This document shows, in pieces, positions 13,701-24,335 of a DNA stretch of 64,000 nucleotides. The position numbers and the translations under genes were made by a program. This DNA comes from Raillietiella orientalis (taxonomy: Eukaryota). The stretch's first letter is position 1; each line of letters begins with the position of its first letter. The notes below the pieces were generated by a model. It did no database searches. It saw only the letters and a program-made list of their open reading frames with translations, and was not told the DNA's origin. The stretch is from the NCBI GenBank assembly GCA_036172245.1, contig JAYWIR010000046.1:1364001-1428000 (forward strand), in the 5' to 3' direction.

Positions 13701-14487
13701 GTTTTGTATCTAAAGGTTTTTTCACAGCGACCGCATGCAGAGTGGTCCTAGGGAATTTAATAGAGGCATGATCAGGAGATGTTGGCACAATGGAATTGTC
13801 GGTACTAAAAAAAGAGGTAGCAGCATCAGCTATTTCGTAAAAAAAAAAAAAAAAAAAGAAACATCACCAAAACCAGCAGAGCAGATTTCGCGCACATTTG
13901 TGCAAAGAACCCATGCGGAAGAAAAGGACATTCTCCGGAAAGGAAGCGATTAAGTACGTCTGCTGCAATCCAGCAAAGATACCATTTTACACTCCGAATG
14001 CCGCTTTCCTCGGTGCGACCTAGCCAGGAGAGCGCACAGAAGGGTAGGAGAGACATTGTCGGATCGTTCCTCAGAGCTCTCGAATCAGGAGCTCGTTCCT
14101 CGAGAAGAACCACTTCTGGAACGTTGCCGAAAAGAGCTCTTCGATGGACGCCTCGACTGGGGATTCCATGTGAACGGAACTGGGCGCCGAGCTCGCGGAC
14201 TCGTGTGAAATGGTGAAAAATTCCGGAAAAAGCGCTCTCTCGTGGCCAGTTTCTCCCTCAGAATATTCCCAAAGCGTTCCCACTTGGCTCCTGACGACGC
14301 TGCATCCTTGGCTTTTTCCTTCCCACCGAAAATCCCTCGGGATTTCGTGCACCTGGATCCACCAGAAAGCTGAAGGCAAAAGTCGAAAATGAAGACGCGA
14401 ATGAGACATCAATGAATGAGTGAGCTGGACCTGAGGGTGTTTCGTCATCATTGCCCTTGAGCTGACAGTGATGCTTTCATTTTTTTT

Positions 14488-14504
14488 TGTGTGTGTGTGT
14501 GTGT
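14488..14504. repeat. (TG)n microsatellite
   Basis: Direct reading. Confidence 0.85.
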
Positions 14505-14879
14505 TCGCCGCTGCAAGAAGCCGTTAGACGGCTACACCTCCGAGCAAATTCTTTTGTCCGAGAGTCTTAGCAACACAGAGGCGCAATTTGAGGGAAAACC
14601 AACAGCAGCAGTTTCGAGTATTCCAGCTGATCGCGCGTCGAGGAAACACGGAAGGGAGCTTTGACGGTAACTCATAAGGGAGATTCGCGTCTTCCGGTCT
14701 TAGCTGCCACCTCCTGCATCAGATTTCCACTCATGAATTGATTGCTCTTTCCGAGTGTTGGGGACGCTCCACGAGCCAAAGTCAGTTCCGACACATTTTC
14801 CGTTCTGTTGTAGTCTGTATCGGAAAGGATCCTACCCTGGTGATCCCTTGAGTCACCTCGATTGCTCGCACCAAAAAGT

Positions 14880-15800
14880 TGATGCCTCACAACCTGAACC
14901 GCCTAATTATCCCACTCCTTAGAAATTCTAAGAGACGAGTCAGGAGAATTTCCTGGAAAAACATGACCCTCGCCGGAGATTCTTCTGCTCTGACGTACCA
15001 AAGATCCGAGTATGTATCGTCTGATCAGAGATGCAAACTGCTGAACAGGAACTGGTTGTCGAACAAGGAATGCGCCTTCCTAGTTCTCGAAATCATCGAT
15101 TCCTGTATTATGCATGTATGTCAGGATCCTTATCCAGGATTTATGATGAATGACTTGTATTTCTCTTTTAAACTTATCCAGAAAATCTATTCAATTCTCT
15201 TACTGCATTGACTCCATTTTGCAAATAGTGGAGGTTGTTCCTGAGAATGAAGCAACATCTGACCCCCACCTCTTCAAAGTTATTCTCGTTGATGATTCTT
15301 TGACCCAGTAAATCAAATCAAGCCGCACAACTTGGTCCTTCTAACTGTCCCCCCACCAACAATCAAATGGTTAGGACCCTCCATTCCCATAACTGCACCC
15401 AAAGACCACAGTTTTCGGGGGTGGTTTTCTACTTCGCCATGAGAACGATTAGGGATCTGAAGACCGAAACATGCTTAAAACTCTATGGAGAAAACACTGT
15501 TATTTTCCTCAAGATGCTTCTTTCTTATTTTTCTCTTTTCTTCAAAGAAGACAACTTTGGGATTTTTGCCAGCTCCATGATCAGCAAGCCAAGCAAATGC
15601 GCAAGGAGTTCTTGAAATGCAGGATGGATACAGAGGACTGCTCGGCGCTCATAGAGGTCAAACAGAGACTGGGAAGCCTCAAGGAGTGCTTGCATTCCTC
15701 TTTGATTTGGGTTTGGCTTTACTGGGAAAATTGTTTACAGATGAATCAAGTGCTCTTTGGGTGGATCCGCGCTGAATGCAGAAGAGAACCAACTCTTCTC
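14880..15800 (+). mobile_element. Decayed non-LTR APE endonuclease relic
   Basis: TLAGDSS (cf. GDFN), FLVLEIIDSCIMHVCQDP, NDLYFS (cf. LDLVFT), ATSDPHLFKVIL (cf. SDH). Confidence 0.4.
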
Positions 15801-15946
15801 TAGCTAATGTTTCATGCCTTGATTTTCAACATGGGTTCCATCATTAACGATCTAGAATGGAGCGAACTCGCGAATCAAGTGACCTTAAATACTTCCTTGC
15901 AATTTTTGAAACCATCCGTTTCCGCCTTGGTACATAAAGCTGGATA

Positions 15947-16000
15947 TGTGTGGGCTGAATTCGACACCACGAGAACGTGGTATCGAATTCAGCCCACACA
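15947..16000. repeat. Inverted repeat: 25-bp stem, 4-nt loop
   Basis: TGTGTGGGCTGAATTCGACACCACG-AGAA-CGTGGTATCGAATTCAGCCCACACA; one mismatch. Confidence 0.9.
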
Positions 16001-16979
16001 CACTTCGAGCTTCCAGTATGGAAACTGTGGTCACAACAACAGCACATGATAAGAAATAGAGGTTCTTACCTGTGGGAATACATGGAATGTGTGCAGATTT
16101 TCTTGAAGGCAGAGGATTCAGCCTCAAACCATCATTAGCATGAAGTCCCAGCCAAAGCAAATTGCTTCGGATGGGATCAATCTGATTGCGATTTCCATCT
16201 TTTCTCCAGCTCTGTTTTCTATGAATCGACCCGAACAATCTCTTAGAGCTTCGTAGAATCCGTGTAACAAGGTTCCCGGAATAACTTTCTTAAAAAAACT
16301 CTGTTGATAAAATACATCTCCATACATGTATGAAAAAACATGCAGAGAAAAGAAAACGTGAATCCATCCGCCCTGAATGGATTCGCTCCTATTTGGGTGT
16401 CTCGTGGTGTACGGCCCTTTCACAGTCAAGAATCAGTGTGCATCTCAGAAAGCTCTCGTTTTTTGTTTTTTTTCCGGCTCTTCTTGTCTTTTTTTTGGTC
16501 CGGCTTTGAAAAAAAAAAAAAGATAAACAAATCTGGATAGATCTGAAAGCTGAATCATGGGAACCATGTCGAAAGCATGGAACGCTGGAAAGCGCTTTCC
16601 ATCTGACAAACCTTCATTGCCAAAGGGCAGGTTAACGTTTCTCTTGGTATGCTACGTCAAATTCAGTGCTAGTGAAGAATGCATGTTTTTATGAGCGAAA
16701 GGTACGGTTTCTTGTGCTCTATCGCTGTTCAGGTTGCGTCGGGGTTTTGCAATAGATAATCTGGATCTCCGAATTTGTTCCTTTTGCTGAAGTCTGCATT
16801 TCTTCTTGCCTCGCAAACCTTGAAAGGAAACGTGCGCACACAGCCCGATACCAATGCCTCGGAATTTCGAGAGACAGCAGTATATCTTTATCAGTAAACC
16901 AACTCATTTCTTTCGAGGGATTTTCATCTTCGCGACTCGGAATGCTCGGAGTCAGTTTTTAAACGTCGCTGTCATCTCT

Positions 16980-17850
16980 CAGTGGTACCGCAACCCGGAG
17001 AGGATGTGACAAACATCCCGATGTGGCAAACATGGAATCAATCTTGACGAATAAAGATCGCGGTGAACAGGGCTTGGGAAGTTTGCGCTTGAAAGCCGAG
17101 CGGCGACCGGCAGAAGCCATGGAAACAGAGGCAGTGCAGCATCCATGAGATGTCCATCACGGCAGCCTGGTCCGAGCATCTTCAAACCAGCAAACGCTTC
17201 ACAGCATCTCTGGAAATTTCGTGGGAAGACTTCTCGAGTAGGTTCGGGACTAGACCAATCAATATGGAAGCCTGAGGTTCCCATTGCGTGTAAATTGATT
17301 TTGGCAGCAACCATAACTCAAAGACCGTGAAGTGCCCATTCCGAGCTCCTCGATGAGAAATTTATCATTGCCTGTGTCCACTCTTTTTTGGTTCGTACAT
17401 CCATCATGTAATTATCCAGAAGCGAAATCAGGGTTGCCATCGTCTGATCGCATTTGAAAACCACAATAGGATAGACTGAGAATTAAAGGGGCGTTGATCA
17501 AATAAAATGCAGCCATTGGCTATCCGAAATGCTTTTGAGGGGGCAGAGAGGGGCACGGGGACTCGTGAGAGCACGGCAGCAACACGCGGATTTAAGGATG
17601 AGTTCGAAGGAGTATCTTTTCCGATCAATTACTCGATCCCTCTCCCGAAACCACTATTGCCGTTGTTTGCTCTCCGGGCAAGGAATACGACTGAATTAAC
17701 AACACGGTGATAGAGAAAACCGGTGGGCAGCACTGGAGCATTCTCCGTACGAAACTTTGAAAATCATGGTGGGAGGTGTAAATGCAGCCATCTTGACGCT
17801 CAAGGCACATGTTGCGTGACACAAAAAGGCATTGGCGGTTGAGAATCTGC
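16980..17850 (-). mobile_element. Decayed non-LTR APE endonuclease relic
   Basis: VFSIT..YSLPG, then AMGTSGFHIDWS (cf. GDFN..IDW), CRDGHLMDAAL (cf. TRxGxxLDLVL), SPVH. Confidence 0.4.
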
Positions 17851-18299
17851 ACTGTGACACATGGAGAGAAAGAGAGAAGTGCATTTCATTCCCCGTTCAT
17901 CATGGCATCCATGGTGGCAGCGTCCGCAACTCTTTTCACGCATCCCTGATCTACGAACCTTTCTTTCTTTCTACTGATTTGTGGTGCAGCTTCAAGGGAT
18001 AGGTCCAACATGGTGAGAGCAAAGAAGCAGTGCAAAAATGACTTTCCCTTTGGTGAAACCGGGTTATTGTCTAGGTAATCGTCGTCGTCACCTCTTTCGC
18101 ATCCAGGGTCTCAATTCCAGTGGAAGGACGCTAATTTCCTGTTGACTTTTTGTTTTCACCTCCTCACATCTATAGCTGAAATGAGGATTAAGCGACGCAT
18201 GATGCTGCAATCCCGTTTTGAGAATGAGACAGTGCAGGCATCTCTCCAGATCCTGCGTCTAATCTCTACTTGACTTTAAGGCTTCTATTTAGCAATGCT

Positions 18300-19900
18300 G
18301 CGGGAGCAAAGTCTTCCCAACTCTACACTCAAAAGATTAGGCGAGAGAAAATTGAGGACTGGAAATGGAAGCAGAGCGAGAATGCTGTAGCAAATAAAGA
18401 ACAATGTATATCGATCTTGTTTCAGGAATCAAGATTAACTTGTGGATAGACTGAATGGGGGTTGCTCTGATCCAGAATAGGACATGAGAGCTAACGGGCT
18501 GATCAACAAGAGGGAGGTCTCGGAGACAGCTCTCGTTCTCGTGGGCACAAGGATCTCGCCGGATTGCGCCACAGGCACAGCCTATAGGAAAGATGGTCCA
18601 TAATCACCATACTAGTCTTTTAGGATACAAAGAGTTCCTCAAGAGAGCATGTCTTCACACCTCCTGACATCAGACAAACAGTTCGTACAAAGAACATAAC
18701 TAGAGATTTCAGCTGTCTGACCATCTCTTCCTCTCTTTCAGAGAGCAAATCGGAACCCTGGAGCGCATCTGACTAGTTTGACTTTCGATCTTTCCGACCA
18801 TGATCTTTGTCCTCCCACCACCTGAAAATTAATAGCGCGAGTTTCTAGGTAGTCTCATGGGTCATCATCATGCGATGCATCTTTTAGGGTGCTAATTGTG
18901 TAACGTTGCAAACATGCTCAGGATCAGCGCAGTGAGTGGGACGAACTTGATGTTAAGAATCATCCCTGCAGTCTAAGTTGTTGGTCTGGGCCTCCTATCA
19001 GCAACATCCGTAGGGTAAGTTACCATAGAAACTTCTACTTTAGAAACTTAAATAAGGAGCACCTAGAAACAGGAGGTAAAGTTTTCAACTAGCAATAGCC
19101 TCCTCGTAATTCCTGGGTAGGGATATTGCTCCTGCGCAAAGAAACAGGAGGAGTATGACCTCTCTTGCCATCTCTTGATGTTGATCGAAGTCAGCTTTTT
19201 CGGCTGACTTCAATTATCGTTTCTTGTGGGTGCTCTGAAGCAAAAATCTTATTGCAGCGTCACTTGCTAGCAGTGCATCCAGGCATGCATGATGGGATTC
19301 TAACGCTTGACCTCTGCGGTTCATGTGATTCTGTGTGAAAGCACATTCGAAGCCTTTTTGCCTCCTCCACTACTCTCGGCGATACTGCAACATCCTTTTT
19401 CGGGAAGTACTTGGGAATTTCCTGAAACTGAGTTCAGAAAGACCGAACTCTGAGTCTCTACCATATAAGAAAAAGAAACGAACGATGGCGACTTCGCCTT
19501 GCCCCAAAAGTTAGATGCTGGAGTGAGTTCGTTTACACGGGGACCACGCCAAGTAGCAACCATATACCACCCTTAACTATCCTGCATCCTTCAAGGGGGA
19601 AGAAGAGATCTCATGATTTCGTGCTTTTTTGGTGCAGTGCCTGAAGAAGAGATTTGAAAAGAGAGGAAGACAAGGAACATTTCCAAGTGAAGTGTCTCAA
19701 GGGGAAAAAATTTCATCGGCATGAAATTGGAGTTGTTTAGCATCGGAAGAGAAAGTGAGGATTTTTGCTTTTCTAGATTGACTCTCATCCGGTCGGCATT
19801 GCACAGTCGGCTGGCATACACCAGGAAAAACTCTGGTCTTGCCAACTTTGCTGTCCTGGTTGAAATACATTCCAGATCTGCTGCCATCATGTTTTTCACC
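18300..19900 (-). mobile_element. Decayed non-LTR 5' relic (ORF1 end plus APE)
   Basis: VATW..VNEL, MVET, SSGGG (APE N-terminal motifs), then CLRDLPLVDQP...QSIHKLILI (cf. LDL / SDH). Confidence 0.3.
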
Positions 19901-22900
19901 GATTAGGATGTCGATTACTGGATAGGATCACAGTATTTCCTCTTGTAAGTTTATCAAACTTGACGTTCGAGCGACCCAGCATGTTTGTCCTGAAGTGGAA
20001 ACCATGGATACGATCTTTGAGAGGAAGCAAAGGGAAATAAGGAATTATTTCCTAGGTTCGTGAAAAGAAAGAACAAGTGTACTTCTAGGGATTTTTTTTC
20101 TCTGGGAGAAAATCTCTGGCTCTTCGATTGTTCATGTTCCCGAGATACTTGCGAAGTGACAACTGCAAACAGTATGGAGAACGAGCCCTGCTTTTTTGGG
20201 GTGGGAGGGGAGAGGAATCTTTCAAGTACGTTGTTGTAGGAATGCTAAGGTTTGAAATTCACAGAGATGTGTGAAGAAATGGAGGAAGAGTCAATGAAAA
20301 TGCACAAGAGCTAGAGGATCCTACATAACAATCTGAATCCTTTACTAAAAGAAAAATGATGTCTCATTCTCCAAGCTTTTAGCTTGGAGAGATCAGACAG
20401 ATCATTTTTTGACGGGCAATGGAAACATTACAGAAAAGAGTGTTTGAGAAGAGCAGGTTCGTGTTCCTCGTGTCGACAATGGTTGTCTTCATCTTGTCAA
20501 CAGCATGGATGCATCTTCAAGTGAATGAGCTGGGAAAACTGCTGTCGAAAGAGCCTACATGAGAACTCTCAAGGAACGGACTTTCTGTCCTCTTTAGCAG
20601 TGACCTCCCTACAAGTTATGTACGAGCGCCGAGTGTAGAGTTTCAGAACGTCCATCGTTCATATGAAAGACAGGAACCACTGTTCCTTAAAGACAGCTAA
20701 CCCTCCAGCATTCTGTGGTACATTGATGTTCTATTGTTAGTTCTTTTCAAAACAGTAGAAGAAGATGGATTCCGTTCCGAATCAGCCAAGCAATCTTCAG
20801 CACGAAGCCAAACGTCTGAAAAGACTGAGAAGCCTAAATGAAGTGCACAAGAATCCATGGAGAGCCAGTGAGGTTTCACTAGACTCTCAGAAGAAAAAGG
20901 ATGAGGAAAGAGAAACAATGAATTTTAGCTAGTTTTGTGGAGCAAACATTCTTGAGTCTCCATTCCGGAAACGGTAGTATCTTCCCTAGGTGTCTGGAAC
21001 CAGAGGATGTCAAAGGAGATGCCGAAGGCTGATTTTGCACGATCCACTGGGATCTCAAACTCTGAAAAATCAGCAGAGGCAACTGCTGCCAATTATGGAA
21101 CGGATACGCGAGAATAGAGAACGTGGACGTTCGTGTATTTCCAACTGCTTCCGCGTTCTCAGATGACGTTCGAAGTCGTCCGCAACTCTAAAGATGGCTC
21201 TGTCTTGAGCTCAGAGCTGCAGCGAAACTCCAAGCGCAAGGGACTTATCGCGGTCTTCCTCCATGCTGGCTCGTAAGCATTCAAATTGATGCTGGGTAGC
21301 GCACAGCCGCTTCTCTTTCTTTGACTAGCACGTGCGGGAACCGAGGAGAAGCAGGCAAAGGGTTCTCTTAAGCTGCTGCCCATCCTTCCGAGGTCCACTC
21401 CACCAGTATAAGCAGCTCAGGATAAAAGAGGCACTCTCGAGGACCTCGAATACCCCACTGCGCCGCTCGTCCAAGGCACCACCGGGACCTCTCTGCATTC
21501 CGTCTGTTAAGAGGGCATGTCAGCGGCAAAGACGACGAAGACAGCTTCCGGTTGCCGCCGTCGAGTGTAGCGACCCAACTGCGGTGCAGATCAGTAGTGT
21601 CTTGTGATGATCGGATTTTTCTTCTTCGGGCACCTCTTGTCCAGCAGCTCGCCGTCTGGAAAGAAACGGAGCAAGCGCTCCCTCAGCCCAGCGGAATTCT
21701 GCAGCGGCGGGGATGCAGGGTGCTAGTCTTCCAGAACTCGCAAGGTCATCAGCTTTGTCGGAAGCGGCAATGGAGGAGCCGATGGCGAAAGAGAGAAAAT
21801 GCCCGGCGGGAGGGATCGTCGCCGACCTTCCAGCTTTCTGAAAAGCGGAGCGGGCGTTTCGTCGGCTGGTGCGCGTCAGAAGAAGCCGTTTCCCTTCTTT
21901 GGTTCTTCTTTTGCTACGGAAGGGGTGGGGGACGGTTCCCGGGAGCCTCACGTGCGCGGACCTGACTGTTCCTTCCGTGGGCCGGAGACCGAAGGTGGAG
22001 CCATTTCTGCCACACCTGTCCCTGCGCAGTCCCGTAGTGGCCGGGGGGTTCCGAATGTCAGAGCAGATCAGAGGAGGCAACGGAGGATAGCTCCCGAGTT
22101 TCCCTTCCCTCCTTTCCCTCTCCCCCCGTCCTGGTCCTCCCTACGTTCTCTTTTTTGCTTCCTCCTCTTTTGATCTTTCATCTCCCGGTGAACCGCGTGG
22201 GAGATGAGAGGCGAGAGAACTTCCGGTGAGCGTCGAGGAAGCGAAAGAGGGGCGGATCACCATGACGGCGGTAGGATCTCCTACGAAGTAGCACCCGGTA
22301 ATTGCAAGTTTTCGTGGAGGGCTGCACGGCGTCGCTGGTATCCTAGGAGAACCGGCTACCGGAAGCGCAGGCAGGTGGGGAAAGGGGGAGAGTGCGTGGA
22401 GTCCTTGCTCTTCCGTCCCCAACCTCTTTCGAACTTCGTTTCTCCGGGACAACCACCAGCCTTCTTGGGAGACAGTCCTTGCACCCCGGAGGAGACCCTC
22501 CCTGGATCCCCCACCCGCTGACGATCGTGACCCCCTGCAGAGGCGCCGAGCAGAGCGCTCGAGAAAGGGGAGAGGGTGAGGGACGGAAACGTCCTGCTTC
22601 TCCGAGGACTTCTGTCCGAAGAGCGAGGACGCCCGGAAGCACACGATTGCTTCCGAACCGGAAGATCCGAGGTCCTCGTGCACCCTTCCTTCTGTCCACC
22701 TCCCCTTGCCCCACTGCGAACGGCCGAGGGTCCATCTCCTCATCTTCTTCCTCCTCAGCTTTTCCTTCTTTTTTTTTTCCATTCCCACTCCCCTCCCACG
22801 GCAACCCAGAGGGCGTGGGATCGGCCTAACCTTCCTGGTAGCTTCAGAGGGATTCGTGGATTAAAGCAGCAGGGATATGCCCTCCTACGAGAAGCCACTT

Positions 22901-24071
22901 CCTCTTGGAAGCAGCAAAAGTCGAGGGGGAGGAGCCGCCACTGCCCACGGCGCGATTTCCCTCCGGGAAGCAAGCAGGAACTATCCCTCGCATGCCCTCG
23001 AGGGCTGCTCTTTGATTCCTGGCCCCCGATGTCCAGAAAACCTCCCCTTGAAGGAAAACCGACCTTCTCCAGGAATGCTTCTTCGGTCGGCTTCCCCGTC
23101 GCCAAGCCCAGGCAGGAGGAACTCCGGAAAAACGGGAGAAAAGTGCTGGGATGTGAGCCGTGAGCCACAGACGGCGGAAGCGAGTGACCCAGGGCATCTC
23201 AGGGGGATGCGATCGGGACGCCCGCGGCGAGCGCAGTGCCTCCGGCGACATCCTTCGTGGAGTGTCCGAAGAGGCATTTCTCCTGATGGATGGGAGGGGG
23301 GGAAAGATCGGCAGGGGCAGGGGACGTACGGATCGACCATCCTGTGCCGAGGGCGAAAGTCCTCCGCAAGGTGAGGAGAGTGGGAGCGTCCCACAGAAGC
23401 GCGAGACGCCGCTTGGAGGGGAGGAGCGGAAGGGAACCTCGTGGATCCTTGCCCCATCCGCTTGGGCACGCCTCCAGGGAAGAGTTAGGCTGAGGGCGCT
23501 GAGCAGAGGAGAAGCCCGGAAGGGAGGGTAGATGTGGCAGCAGCTCCATGGAGGCTGCGCGGAGGATCCCCAAGCCAAAGAGGATCGGGTTACCCTGCGC
23601 TGCGGGGGAAGCGTCCCCTTTCAGTGAAAGTGCACGGTCTGAGCCCGTGAGGGCAGCCTGACGATGAAGTCCCCAGATCGGGACACTCCGAAAAAGGAAG
23701 GGCTCCGGGCAAGTGATGCCCGGGGACAGCAGGTCCGCAGAAGGAATGCGCTCCCCTCTCTCAGATGGGATAAACAGAGGCAGGGATTCGGAAAGAGGAG
23801 TTACCCTCTCCTCCTCCCGTACCACGAGAGCTCCACCCTGCAGCACTCGCTCCCCTCGAGTGGGTTCTCATCCCTGAGGGCAGAGAGGGCCCGGGGTCCT
23901 CCGGGATCCCGCAAACTCCAGTGAAGGACTCGTGCGTACTCCAGGAGGGAGAGATAGCATCCTCTTCCTTTATGGACCCTCCTCGCGTCTGCCTTAACCC
24001 ACAGGAAAGAAGCAAAAGATGGACTTCTTGTTCCCAAGGGAAAGAGGGGAGAAAGAAAAAGAGGTGCTTGC

Positions 24072-24335
24072 CTTTCCGTCCGACGTCCAGGCAGCTTCCT
24101 CGCAGCCTCTGCCTTTCGGCGGGATCGCAGCACTCCGCCCCCTCCGCGCTGGGAGTCAGAGGCACCAACAGCTTCCCCTTGGAGCAGCCTCTCCTGCGGG
24201 CGTCGGCGGCGCGGCTCGTCAGGACCACGATGACCACGGCGATCACCATCAAGGTCACCACGATTGCGCCCAGGGAGGCCAGGATGGGCGTCAGCTGGAA
24301 CAGAGGACGCTTCGCCTTTCCGCGCGCCCTCATGG
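24072..24335 (-). CDS. Side-like exon: transmembrane helix and start of cytoplasmic tail
   Basis: ttccag|(A)MRARGKAKRPLFQLTPILASLGAIVVTLMVIAVVIVVLTSR... The 3' boundary is placed at a putative GC donor AAAG|gcaagc (uncertain); the frame otherwise stays open to 23761. Confidence 0.8.

Noticed and set aside
12640..18600. Divergent chitin-synthase-like fragments (e.g. FQRCCE..G..PGC)
   Set aside because: No QRRRW/EDR motifs or coherent exons; the same segments fit the ordered motifs of decayed LINE APE/RT better.
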